A stretch of DNA of 62,181 bases, the filler included, from Vannella sp. (lineage: Eukaryota), in NCBI GenBank assembly GCA_023345925.1. It is 7 parts of 7 records of this genome, joined end to end, with 100 filler letters (N's around TTAATTAATTAA, not from the genome) between each part and the next. Parts side by side here need not be neighbours in the genome. Positions count along the whole stretch, not along the records: positions 36,389 to 43,181 come from JAJQQN010000180.1; positions 43,282 to 48,331 come from JAJQQN010000231.1; positions 48,432 to 55,448 come from JAJQQN010000845.1; 4 more parts are not named here. One strand, 5' to 3'. Below are positions 36,693-48,462 of the stretch, in pieces. The position numbers and the translations under genes were made by a program. The first letter of the stretch is position 1; the number at the start of each line of letters is the position of its first letter. Below the pieces are notes generated by a model. That model had not been told where the DNA came from, searched no databases, and saw nothing but the letters and a program-made list of their open reading frames with translations.

Positions 36693-39577
36693 CTAACTCG
36701 TTTCCGGGTCAGTTTCTTCGTCTTCAATGAAAGAGAGGAAGCCGGCTGGTTCGGAGGAAGGGTTTGCAGTGGTGCAACCGAAAAAGGCTTTCGTCTGGCC
36801 TTTCGTGTGAGGGTCCACTGGGAGGTCAAAATCTACGCTTGCTTCGTCCAAATGGGGCTCTGTTTTTGATCTTTTAGCCTTCTGACCCATTTCAGAACGG
36901 GCAGAACGAGATTTGTGGATTGTTGTCTCGCTGTAGGGCTCATGGCTGCTGTTGCGTTCGCCTTTGCGAACCATCACTGCGGACATGCTCACTAACAATC
37001 GCTCATGGTCGTTCTCTTGAAACAAACTGATGCGGACGATTCCGTTCAGGCGGATTGCTGTCTGATGAAGAAGAGTGGTTTTGAGCTCTTTCCCTTCCAA
37101 ACTTGCGACTTTGGCAAGGTCTGGAAGGAGCATTTGAGCGGGCTTTCCAAGGCATTCAGAGGCGTCTTTGTAACCGAATAAGGCGAGTGCAGCGGCGTTG
37201 ATATCTTGGATTCGGCTGGATTTCTTCTTTACAGTGATAACTGGAGTGGAGAAGATGTCAATGTTCATCTTCTCTACGTGCATAACACGAGCATATTTCT
37301 ATCTTAAAGTGAGCAAGTGACCTTGCAAAATGTGGCGCTAATCGTAGAAGGATGTACTTACCATTATCTCCTGCACCCACACGCGGGCCAACTCCTGGGA
37401 TACTGCTTCGAAGATATGTTGTCTTTTCTGTTTGTACAGAAGTCGCAAGCAGTCTGGTCTTCCGACTAGGAAGGAAGTTGGCCGGATAGCGCACTCTGGT
37501 AAGGGAACAGCAAGGATGGGTTTAACCGAGAGGAGCTCGGAGGCTTTGAACGAGGGAGAGATATCCCGGCGGCCAAAGATTAGAAGCTCCTGAGTTTCGC
37601 TATTGATCATAATCCATCTCATCTTCCATTTGGCCCCATCCTTGCTACAGTTGAGCATTCCTAACGTAAGGCAACCTCGGCGAATGAGATTGACGGAGAC
37701 TGTTCGTTCTCCTTCAGAGTCGGAGCGAATTCTAGGAGAAGTAGACTGGTTTGTTCCAGATAAGTTCAGTTCTGACAGCCAGCTTTCAACTGCTCCATCA
37801 AAGAGAGAAGGAGAGGAAATAGTCTTTTTGGTCGTTGCAGTCTTCGTGAAGTAGCTTTCCAGCATTTGCTTGGATTGGCAAGCCACTAGCCTTCTGACAG
37901 AGATTCTCATGTCTACAACGCGCAAGGCGCTCAGACCCATGAGGCAAAAGTCATCGGGAGAGAGAGTCAATAGCTGGGAGCCAGTTAAATGGGCTTCCAA
38001 GATTGCTTGACAGATTTCAGGGAAGCCCCTTTGCGAAGCCCATTGATGAACTTGTATGTTCATCCACTCAACAGCTGTGGAGGAGATAGCGCGCTCTTCA
38101 GCTGGTGGTAGAAAGATCTCCGATTCCACTAACAGTTCCCGGACAGCCGAAGCTATCTCACTTTGTTGTACAAAGCGGACAACTCCCAACTCCTCTCGAA
38201 CCCTCTCTCGTGTGACACCAAGAAGCTCAGTACCTTCCCAATGCACAATCAGATACTTTTCCTCTTCCCAAGAGAAGAGAGAACTCACCGTACAAGCCAT
38301 TGCGATGGAAAGCTGGAATGAACTTCTCCAGGCCAGAAGCGCGCAGCCAGATGTGAAGCTCCTGGCGAGTCCAGGTGATGGGATGGCTCTTGGAAATGGG
38401 AGGCAAAACGCGCATGGTGTCGTAAAGATACCCGCCCAGCGCCTTCCAGTCATCCACACGGGTGCGAATGTACTCTTCTGCCTCCACACTCAAAGCCACT
38501 TGTGGCTCATGGCCACTAGCAGAGGGAGAGCACCTCATCGCGCTCATAAACTCGGGCGAATGCAAGTGAAAGCTGGCGATGCCCCAGCGGCTCAGGAGGA
38601 TGTCAAATAGGCTCCCCACGGTCTCAAACTGTGACTCTACAAAGGGAGTAAGCACTTGCATCCAACTCTCCTTCGCTGTGTCCAGCCCAGTTCCATTCCC
38701 AATCGCTTGGAGCACTTTGGAGACCAGAATGAGCGATCGCACAGAGTAGAGAGGCATCTCCTCTGCGAAGAGGACAGGTACACTCTTGCTGGAGAGTTTG
38801 ATAGGGACGTGGTACTTGCCAGGAGCTACCAGAGCGGGACAAAGGAAGCGGAGGAAGAAGAACGAGCAAACAACGTGTCGTTCTAGTCCTGGTTCACTCG
38901 GGAACTTCTCAATAGCACTCTCCTTGATCTCTAGTAGCAGAAGGCGATACAATCTGAGCACGTCACGTGGTGAGGAGTGCGCAGCGGTCTCGGTAAGGTG
39001 CTCACCTTGGGCATTGGAGAAGATGACATCCCAGCCTGTTAATGAGGCCACTCACGATCTCTTTGACTATGCTCAGAGTCTCCTCTATCGTTGGCATGTC
39101 ACTGGTGACCTTCTCGGGGTTGAACTAACGAGAGAATGAGTCATCCCTCCCTCGCAGAGGTCGGAAGAGCTCACTTCAAGCTGGTGTTTGAGTGCTTGAA
39201 CCTCCAACACAGTTGGACGTATCACAGAGAAGAGGAACTCGTGTCTCCCCCTGACAGAGCTACTGAAAAGAAACTTGGCGGTGACGCTGTCCTCCCGAAA
39301 GAGCGATTGGCCTGAAGAGCGCGCGTGAGGACCAAGGAAGGAAGGCAGAAGCAAGTGGGAAGGGCGACGTACTGGACTGCGATAGCTTGATGTCTTGGTG
39401 CACAAAGGGAATGACCACAGGGATGAAGGAGCCGCGGATCTGAAAGAAGCCAGCCACTTCGTCAAAGAACCAACGAGGAGCGTCCTGAAGGAACTTGTGG
39501 ATCAGCTGCGACGGCATTCTCATCAAACATTCCAGCAGACCCGCCCCATCAATGTGTCTGTTTGGTGTGAGCGCCAT
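36693..39577 (-). CDS. RasGAP-SAM-SAM-PH-PAS protein (spliced; start uncertain)
   Basis: RasGAP motifs LFREDS, FFFLRFLCPALVAP and LILVSKVLQ; two SAM-like segments; PH (WKMRW..ARVWVQEI). Intron 37299..37361 joins in frame to a PAS fold (IQDINAAALALFGY..ECLGKPAQMLLP). Confidence 0.75.
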
Positions 39578-40319
39578 ACCACCCCTTTAAGCCGGCCAAG
39601 GAAGAATGACCCATCGACCACCCACCCACCGATGGCCGGCGATTGAGCCATTTCTGGCGGCCAAATGTACGCCCATTTTCCTTTTTGGGTCACCCTTCTT
39701 GGAACCTCGTCTGAAGACACGGTGGCACAACCGGAGTGAGCAAATGGTTGAGCCAAAAGAGCGTTTCTAGGAAAAGAAGTCCTGGACCTCTGCACAGTGC
39801 TTGTTGGCAAGTTGGATCACCAAACCGTGTAACGGTGACCAGGTCTACGCTCCTGCTGCATTATCAAGGATGTGAATAAGCCCACAAGTTTGCTCCATTC
39901 CTGTACGCACATTGAGGATCCTCTTTTTCTAACTGTGCTTTAGGAAACCGGCTGGATTAGCTCTCCGACGACAATGCCCATTCTATAGAATCTCTCGTCT
40001 TGGTGCTGTATGACGGCACACCGGCCCTTGTGATTCGCTCTCCCTGTTTGGGATATGCCAAACGATGCTGGCGTGCTCAAGGCGAGTGTGCCAGGGCTGT
40101 GATTGCACAGATAGTAAGTATTGAATGTTCTCAAACTTTATGAGCGGGGCTGAAGGATATCCCAGCCTCTGTCTGAAGGAGGGCCAAACGAGCATGAAAT
40201 AGAGGACTTTGCTAAAAGATTGGCTGAGATCGAGCCAATCCATTTTTCGTTTCTCCGTACATATCATTCTTTTCCAGGATCTGCATGTCTGCCAGCTGGA
40301 TATTGCCTGTTCCATCCAT

Positions 40320-42959
40320 TCAAGTGAGTGGCCTGGAAAGGGGATTGGAAGGGAACTTACGAATTAATGTAGTTCTGCGGTGCACTCTAAAGCGAATGCG
40401 CGTTTCGATCACCAACCCACAGAGGGCAACAAGTAGGATAGCTCCAATCAACATTCCCAGGGAAACCCACTCGAGAGTCCTATCTTGGTTGGACTGGCAA
40501 GGGTCCGGTCCTTTTCCTATCAGGAGAAGGGCAAAGTTCGTGAGATGGCCTGTTTGACCACACAGATAGTTTCCCTCCGCCATACTGGTCCCTCCATTGG
40601 CGCCGTTACCTTTGGCAGGGATAGTGGTGAGACACTCGTCTTCGCATCTCCATTTGGCCCTGCGTTCATCATAATAGCTCAGACACACCCTCTCTCCCTT
40701 CTTCGTGTTGTTGGGAAGGGCCAAACAGATGGTCAACGGCGAGTCCAATTGGGTGATGGAGTTGCCTTGGCCGTCCAAAAGGGTGATATTCAGGATTGTG
40801 CTGGCCAGCACTTGCTCGTTTGAGGAGTTACCAATGCCATTGGCAGTGCCAAGGTAGGAAGTGACCAAAGTAGTGTTCGCTTGGTTGCTCAAGTTGGGAG
40901 AGACAAAGAGTGCTCCAACTGCGAGCTCATCAGGAGAGCTGGAAACTAGCTCCACCAACTCGTTGGAAGTTAGATTGGAGGGGATGATGATAGCAGCAAT
41001 CAAAGAAGGACTGATGGAGGAGAAAGGAGTGTCAGATGAGCTGATTGATGGCGAGGGGCTATTAAGAGCTGTCGATTGAGTTGGGCTTGGAAGGTACGAT
41101 TCGCTGGCGGGTGGGGGAGTACTACTGGGTGTCTCAGTGATCGTCACGAAAGGTGAGGGGCTGGCTGTCAGGGTTGCCGTTGTCTCGCTTGAAGGATCAG
41201 AGGAAGGAGTGAAACTTGGCGAACTCGGGGGTCCTGTGGCCCTGCTCGCACCAGAAGAGGGCGATGGAGAGGGTGATTCTGACGCAGAGCCAGTTTCACT
41301 TTCACTGCCACTCGAGGAGGGCGTTGCTGAACCAGTGGGGCTACCGCTGAAAGAGGAAGAGCTTGAGGTGCTCCCACTGCCACTCAAGGAGGGCGATTCT
41401 GAATCAGAAGGACTTCTACTGGGAGAAGGAGTACCCGAGCGACTACCACTCAAAGAGGGCGTTGATGAAGAAGAAGGGCTTGTACTGAGAGAAGGAGAGC
41501 TCGATGCGCTTCCACTGTCGCTTGGCGAGGCCGTAGCACTGCAAGAGGGAGTCCTTGATTCACTACCGCTTGGAGAAGGCGTTACCGAAGAAGTAAGACT
41601 TGCACTGGCACTCGAAGAGGGAGAAGGGCTCGTGCTGAGAGAAGGAGAGCTTGATACACTCGCACTAGTACTCGAAGAGGGAGAAGGGCTTGTGGTGAGA
41701 GAAGGAGAGCTTGATACACTCGCACTGCCACTCGGAGAGGCAGAAGGGCTTGTGGTGATAGAAGGAGAGCTCGATACGGTTCCACTGTCGCTTGCAGAGG
41801 GCGTCGAACTCTCAGAAGGAGTATTCGATCCACTGCCACTTGGAGAAGGCGTTTCTGAGGAGGTGAGACTCGCGCTGAGAGAAGGAGAGACCGACACACT
41901 CCCACTACCACTCGAAGAGGGCGTTGGAGAGGTGGATGGACTTGAGCTGAGGGAAGGAGAGGTTGACACGCTCCCAGTGGGAGAGGGCGTTTCTGAAGCA
42001 GTGCTGCTCGCACTGTATGACGGAGAGGTTGTTCTGGTTGCCGAACTGGTGGAAGAAGGGCACACTCCGGTAGTGGCATTGCATGATGCTAAACTCGAGC
42101 TGTAGTTGGGCGGGAGGGAAGTGCAGTTGAACACCTGACCGGAGAGATTGATGTTGGCAAACTGCGTGCGGGGATCTGGCAGGTTCCCACAAAGAACATT
42201 ACCTGGTGCTCTCAGATCGGCGTACAAAAGGGCCCACAATCCACTCCAGTATGGAAGAGTTCCCCTGATCTGGTTGTTGTACAAGTACCTGCAAGGTATC
42301 GATGAGTAAAGTTCCTTGCTTGTGGTGCTCATGTCCACATGAAGCACTCCTACTCCTCTATGCGAGTCAAAGAGACTTGAATGTACTCACATTTCTCGTA
42401 GGTTCCTGAGGTTGGGCCATTCTGGCAGAGATCCGCTGATCTGGTTGTTGGTAAAGAACCTGCAAGGTATCGATGAGTGAAGTGCCACGCTTGTGGCGCT
42501 CATGTCACAACAAAGTGGCCCTTTTCGAGTCGAGGAGACTTGAAAGAACTCACATCTTCTGCAGATTCACCAGATTGGGCCATTCAGGAAGAGATCCACT
42601 AATCTGGTTGTTGACCATATACCTGCAAGCCATCGATGAGCGAGTTGCACAAGAAAAGGGAGCACTGCTCCCTATTCTTACATATCAGTGAGATCTGGAA
42701 GTTGCAGATCCGGAAGCGAACCAGTCAAGTTGTTATTGGAAACATCAAGGAAAGTCACACTGTTCCGCGCTGCATTGCAACCAACACCGAACCAGAGGGA
42801 AGGGTCATCGCAAGGGTCCGTTGAGATGTTCCAGATGTTAACCCAAAAAGGGCCGCCAGCAGAGCTGTAAAGGGCGAGAAGAGAGTCCTTCTGGTACTGA
42901 GGAGTGGCGCAATCAGCCGAGAGAAGCAGTGCAACGAAGAGAGGCAGCAGAGGCGACAT
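40320..42959 (-). CDS. Cell-surface LRR / Ser-Thr-Pro stalk / GAIN-GPS / single-TM protein, 4 exons
   Basis: Signal peptide; plant-type LRR N-cap (LLALYSSAGG..W..DPC..WFGVGC); NNQISGSLP repeats; GPS CLSYYD..WRC..CGQTGHLTNFALLL; one TM and a short basic tail. Introns 42623..42681, 42460..42553, 42289..42390. Confidence 0.88.
41611..41790 (-). repeat. Three tandem 60-nt units (20-aa Ser/Thr/Pro repeat) within a longer degenerate array (~41300..42000)
   Basis: Units at 41611, 41671 and 41731 are near-identical (ctcgaagagggagaagggct..gaaggagagcttgatac). Confidence 0.85.
42289..42681 (-). repeat. Tandem exon-plus-intron duplication of LRR cassettes
   Basis: 69-nt exons 42554..42622 and 42391..42459. 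The two downstream introns share GTGAGT..TTCAAGTCTC..GACTCG..GACATGAGC.CCACAAGC..ACTCATCGATACCTTGCAG. Confidence 0.85.
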
Positions 42960-43181
42960 GGCCAGATGCTGAACCGAGGAAAAATGGTTGATACGACGAA
43001 CGACAGCCTTTTTTGGACCAATCCTCTTTCAACTCCCTTTTCGCTGTCAAGTATCAAAACATTTATTCTCATTCATTGTGGTACTACAATGAATGATTTC
43101 GTAGCTGGGAGAGAAGTCGCGAGCGGCGAGGGCATTTCTATCAGTTACAGCGCCCAGGAGAATCTCTTACCGGTGTCTGTT

Positions 43182-43281
43182 NNNNNNNNNNNNNNNNNNN
43201 NNNNNNNNNNNNNNNNNNNNNNNNNTTAATTAATTAANNNNNNNNNNNNNNNNNNNNNNNNNNNNNNNNNNNNNNNNNNNN
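43182..43281. other. Artificial contig spacer
   Basis: N44-TTAATTAATTAA-N44. Confidence 0.98.
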
Positions 43282-43453
43282 GCATGGGACTTTCGTCGTT
43301 CCTGCGAGCTGAACTTAGTCATTGTGTGACATCAACGAAGCAGTCTGCTCAACAATGACCAAGTCGGAGGGCCGCGAAGAATTGTCATAAGTGGTTCAAA
43401 ATGAATGTATAATGTTACAAATTAATGGGTTGGTGTTGGTGTTGGTGTTGGGG

Positions 43454-44287
43454 TCATGTTTGAAAGGATTCTTCTCGTTGGAGGAACCAAGGTGATCGCA
43501 GGACTTCGGACATGTTTGGTCGAAGCTCTGGATTCATATCTAGCATGGAGGAGACGAGATCAAGACAAGAGGGGTCGCAGTCGCTGTTTTGTAGCTCGCG
43601 GAAGGACGTTTTGGCGGAAAAGTAACTGGCCAGCGCTTCCTCTCGGCTCTCTCCTTCGAAAGGAAAGGATCCAATCAATAGAACATGTAGCATGATGCCC
43701 ATACTCCAGACATCAGCCTTACAAGCGTCGTAGCCCTGTTTGTGTGAAAAGACTTCCGGGGCGAGGTAAAAGTCGCTCCCCACAAAGCCAAAGAAGGTTG
43801 GAGTGGTCTTCCACATGAAGGAGCCTCCTAAGTCGCACAGTTTCACGTTGTCTTTGGTGTCCAACAGAAAGTTTTCCGGCTTCAGGTCGAGATGGGCGAT
43901 GTTGTGATGGTGGAGCTCTTGGACCGCTTGGCAGCTCTTATGAAAGACAGAACGGATCTCATCTACGGAATGGAGGGTTTCAGAGCGGGTGAAGAGGTCT
44001 TGGTGGAGCAGTTCCATGACGAGGTAGCCGCGGCCGTTATACACGAAAAACTCTCGTAAAGAAGTGGTGAATCGGGAATGTTCCATCTTGGAGAGAAGGA
44101 GGCGCTCGTTCTCGAAGGTCTGCCGAAGAGCCGGAGTGTGGAGTGAGATAACCTTAATAGCAACAAGGTTTTTGGTTTCTCGGTGTCTTGCTTTGTAGAG
44201 CTTTCCCGTCCCGCCAACTTGGAAGCAGGCTGGTTCCGCTATGTATTGAGAAGCTCTCTGTAGTCCGTCCGTGTTGGCATGCACCAT
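43454..44287 (-). CDS. Ser/Thr protein kinase (CAMK-like), intronless
   Basis: VAIK, HLDLKPEN, DLG, YLAPE, DVWSMG motifs. Confidence 0.93.
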   Translation of the reverse strand: MVHANTDGLQRASQYIAEPACFQVGGTGKLYKARHRETKNLVAIKVISLHTPALRQTFENERLLLSKMEHSRFTTSLREFFVYNGRGYLVMELLHQDLFTRSETLHSVDEIRSVFHKSCQAVQELHHHNIAHLDLKPENFLLDTKDNVKLCDLGGSFMWKTTPTFFGFVGSDFYLAPEVFSHKQGYDACKADVWSMGIMLHVLLIGSFPFEGESREEALASYFSAKTSFRELQNSDCDPSCLDLVSSMLDMNPELRPNMSEVLRSPWFLQREESFQT

Positions 44288-44619
44288 GAGGAGAAGAATG
44301 TTGTAAGCTCGCTGTGCAGGCAAGAGAACCGAAAGGCTTTTTTCCCGTCCTGTTTAGGATATTTCAGCTAAATGGCGGCGAATTCCTCCCGGTAATGATT
44401 GACCCGCTAGTTTTTCTCTGCTTCTTCAGTGAACACATCCGGAAAAAGGATTCTCCAATGCTCGCATTCCGCCTGCGGAACAGATCTCCCGAGCCATTTC
44501 ACAAGCTTGTCTTGGTGAACTCTTCTTCAGAACATTCATTTTTTTAACCGAAAGCGATCATCTGATTGGCCCACGACTTCTAATTCTTGGAGACCTCTCC
44601 TCTCTGTGGGAGCCTCGAA

Positions 44620-47600
44620 ATGGAACCAAAAGACCTTCTCACTGCTCCAAGAGGGAGAGGCGCACTTCGAGGAGGATCACCACGTGGAGTAGAGGGCCCC
44701 AGAGGATCCCCCAACTCTGCAAGGGGGTCTCGATCTCCTGTGCCGCGAGGCGCTACTTCACAAGTTCAAGGCAATCGAAGGGGGTCTCCTTATCGATCAC
44801 CCTCATCCGAGAGGGCACGAAAAGCGCCAGCGAGCCCTCGTGTTCTGTCTCCAGGAGGAGCAGGGAGAGGTGTTCGCAATCGGGGATCTCCTATAGTCCC
44901 CGCAGCGCCCCGCGCAGCCTCACCGATTGGGCCCAAAGCACCTACGAGACTGAATCCTCCTGCGTCGCCTAAAGTTCCCTTCCAAGCCCCGCCAAAGGTT
45001 CCCTCTTTCACGCGCGGTGCCACTCTTCAGACCTCTCAACCTATCCTGGGGCGAGTAGGCGCACCCCGCATGGGTACTGGGGTTCCCTCCGTGGTAACCA
45101 AAGCAGCTCCTCGCCTTGGGGCGCTAGGAGGTGGACAAAGCTCGCCTGAGATACGAAGGTGAGTCCCCTCCTCGTTATGACAAGACTCTGACACTTCAGC
45201 AGAGGAAGATTGGAGTACAGATGGGAGTTAGTGGTCAAAAGTGGCACTGACTTGGTCGCAGCGGATGTGAACGGAAAGAGCGACCCGTTTGTTGAGGTAG
45301 AGCTGGTCACAGCCCGAAAGGAGAGGGGGAAGTGGGTGGACATCAAAACTAGCAACAAAACAAAGACAAACTCTATCCAAGAGACCCTCAATCCAGTGTG
45401 GGACTTCCAAGTATTCTCTTTGTGAGTTTCTCGACCCAAGATGGGCCTCATTTGCTCACCAGAAGCTTCTAGAGACCCATCCACAACTTGGGAGAAGTAC
45501 CAAGGCATCAAGGTTACCTGTTGGGACAAGGATCTGGTCGGCTCTCCGGACTTTCTGGGAGAAGGGTTCTTGTGGTTCAATGAGGAGATCCTCCCTCCTC
45601 CTGCCGAGGCCAAGGACATCACTCTGACGCTTCAATCACGCCCTAAGAAGAAGGAGAAGGTCACTGGCTATCTTACTCTTCACAGCAGATTCAGACAGGT
45701 TGGTGGTGCCCCTGCACCCCAACGCCGAGCTGCCGTTCTCGCCGCAGTGGCCACTTCAGCAAGTGACAGTGCAACAACAGCAAGAGCAGTCGCTCGCTCT
45801 GACTTGGTTCAGATTAGCGCCACTGGGCGCCGTGAGGTTAAGATCCCCACAACCACCATCGAGAAGTTCCACTGTTTCGGAGAGCTTCCTGTTCTCCGAT
45901 TCGACACAAACGAGTCTTCAGCAATTGCCAAAGAGCATTCCAAGTACGGTTTCGATCGTCATCTAGCTCTTTGGTTGACAACGTGCTGCCAATTGGCCTA
46001 CAAAGGCGAGAATTGTATCCAAGCGGTCTGCTGCAGCGTCTGGGGTAAGTCAATTGTCCAATCAGGGTGTTGTGATAACATATCAGCGTCTAGATATGTG
46101 CGGCTTTAAGTTTATCGACAACCAGGAGACGGACACTCAAGGATTTTGCATGTACAACGAAGACTTTGTGGTTGTTTGCTTCCGTGGAACTGAATCACTT
46201 CGTGATTGGATGACCAACTTGAACTTTGTCCAGATTGCAGCTCCTCACTTTCCACAACGCTACTTGAAGAATGGCGTTCGCGTCCATACTGGATTCAACG
46301 AAGCGTTATCAGTAAGAGTAGTTTGGGCCAAATGGAAAGTATCTAATGGTAGGGATAGTCTGTTTGGCCTGAAGTCTCAGAGTTCGTTGGGCGAGCTTAT
46401 CGATCTTTCCCTAATCTGCGACTTTTCATTTGCGGGCATTCTTTGGGAGGAGCTTTGGCCAACCTGTGTTTCGGCTACTTTGCACTAAGCGACCAAGCCC
46501 GTAAGGTGCACGCAGTTTACACAATCGGACAGCCAAGGGCTGGAAATAAGAAGTTCAGGGAGCAGTTGGAGGTGACTTCCCCTGATACTCCGTTCATCCG
46601 AATCACGAATAATCAAGATTGCGTTCCTTCCTTGGCTGGGGGGCAACATTGCGGTGTCCACTTGCACTTTGATGCCACTGGTCGTCTCACTTTTGATCCT
46701 CCCACTTGGAAGAAAGCCGTCCAGAAGGCTCAGTCTTTCCAAGGATCAGCAGCAAGCATGAGTTACGCTGGTATTGCGGACCACAGCTCCATTGTCTACC
46801 GGAAGCTTGTCGAGGCGTATTGGGTCAAGGCTGAGTTTGCTCAGCTCTCCAATGACGATGGCTCATTCAGTTTATGTGAGAGAGTCCTTTATCTGATTGA
46901 TATGCTTCAAGAGGACATCAAAGCAGTACGCCGTTACAAGATCCAGTTCCGAGCGCTTTTGTCCAACATCTTGAATGTTCGCCCTTTGCTTGTCCAAATG
47001 GAGGACTTTTTGGCCTCAGGAGTGGATAACCACTCCCGCACAATCCTCAAGAACACTCTTGTCACATTTTTTGAGCTGCTGAGTAAGTGCAAGAAGGAAG
47101 TTATGGCGCGCCATTCCAAAAAGAGTGTATTACAAGCTCAAGGGTCCAAGTCATCACTTAAAGCGTTCAACTCCAAGATGACCAAACTGGCTGCAGACTT
47201 CCAAAAGGCCGTTGATCTGTTCCACACCACATTGAAGGGTGCCAAATGTGCGCCTCCTGCTCGTTCTCGGGATTCCAAGTACAATTGGGCAGCCCCACCT
47301 GCGCTTCCAACTTACAACGACAGTTTCTACCGCAAAGTCAGCTTCAAAAGCATTGACTTCGCCTCAATGGGAGGAGGCAAGCCAAAGGGAGGCTCAACTC
47401 ATGTGTCTCAGATACTGGAAGAAGCCGAAATCATGGTGGAGGAGGGCAAAACCGAGCAAGCACTGAGAGTGCTTGAGCAACTGAAGTCAGGCTCGGATGT
47501 GATTGGACAACTTAGCGCGGAAGACCAAGCTATCGCGTCTTTCCTTAAGGCAAAAGCACACGCCAAGTTGCACCATCATAAGGAGGCCATGCAGGCTCTA

Positions 47601-48077
47601 TCTGAAGCCTCAGGAAGTGGAATGATGCAAAACACCATGATGGATGATGCAGCATTCGGTACTTTAAAGAATGACGCGGGATTTGCCCAGCTTCAAGCTC
47701 AATGGGGCGCAGGTGCTTCTCAGAATGTCTCTGATGCCACTGCCCAAGCGGCTGTTGCTCAGCTGAACAACTTTGAGTTACACATGTTGGCTGACATCTT
47801 TGATGAAGCAGATGAGAACGGAGACAATTTCCTGACCACCCAGGAGCTGGGCGAGTTGCTGAACCAAATGGGTGGTATCGAAGGACTTCTCGACAATTTA
47901 GGGTGGATTGACAAACCAGGGGCTTCTGAAGGAGAACAGAGTGAATACCAGCAACTTCTCCAAAACAAAGAAGCTCAGGCTAGGCAGATGAAGCTTGACA
48001 TGGCTTCCAAGTACCGAAACGCGGTGGACTTGGACCAATTCATTCTCCTCATGGCGCGCTTTATCCCTTCCGTTTAA
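44620..48077 (+). CDS. Pro/Arg-rich-C2-class 3 lipase-helical bundle-TPR-like-EF-hand protein, multi-exon
   Basis: C2 (DLVAADVNGKSDPFV, TLNPVW, WDKDLVGSPDFLG); lipase 3 (FRGTES..DWMTNL, VHTGF, GHSLGGALA, YTIGQPRAGN, NNQDCVP, DHS); EF-hand DENGDNFLTTQE. Confidence 0.87.
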
Positions 48078-48331
48078 TGCACTTTCCTTCGAACGACTTG
48101 ATTGAAGAATATAGCGATCTGATTCATCCAAGAGGCAGATGTCATTGATATTGCCTAAAAGGGGGTAAACAAGAAACTCACTTCCTCAGAAAGAGGGTTG
48201 ACGGAATGGGAATGCGAATGGGTGGTTAAGAGTCGAAGGTCTTTGCGATGTCTATCTTACAAGGCCGCTCTCCCGTCTCCTGGTGAACCAGGAACGCAGG
48301 AATTAGCAATAACGGGTCATATCAATCTCGT

Positions 48332-48431
48332 NNNNNNNNNNNNNNNNNNNNNNNNNNNNNNNNNNNNNNNNNNNNTTAATTAATTAANNNNNNNNNNNNN
48401 NNNNNNNNNNNNNNNNNNNNNNNNNNNNNNN
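48332..48431. other. Artificial contig spacer
   Basis: N44-TTAATTAATTAA-N44. Confidence 0.98.
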
Positions 48432-48462
48432 ATGTGTGAGTTGCCTGGAAGACTAGAGAATG

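Noticed and set aside
41611..41790. Regularly spaced repeats as a possible CRISPR array
   Set aside because: Contiguous in-frame coding repeats without unique spacers; no cas genes; eukaryotic context.
41137..42105. 322-aa Glu/Gly/Leu-rich repetitive ORF on the + strand
   Set aside because: Antisense shadow of the Ser/Pro/Thr stalk codons of the LRR-GPS gene.
43428..43453. (TGGTGT)n telomere-like run
   Set aside because: Only about four units, internal, and directly after the kinase stop; a simple 3' UTR microsatellite.
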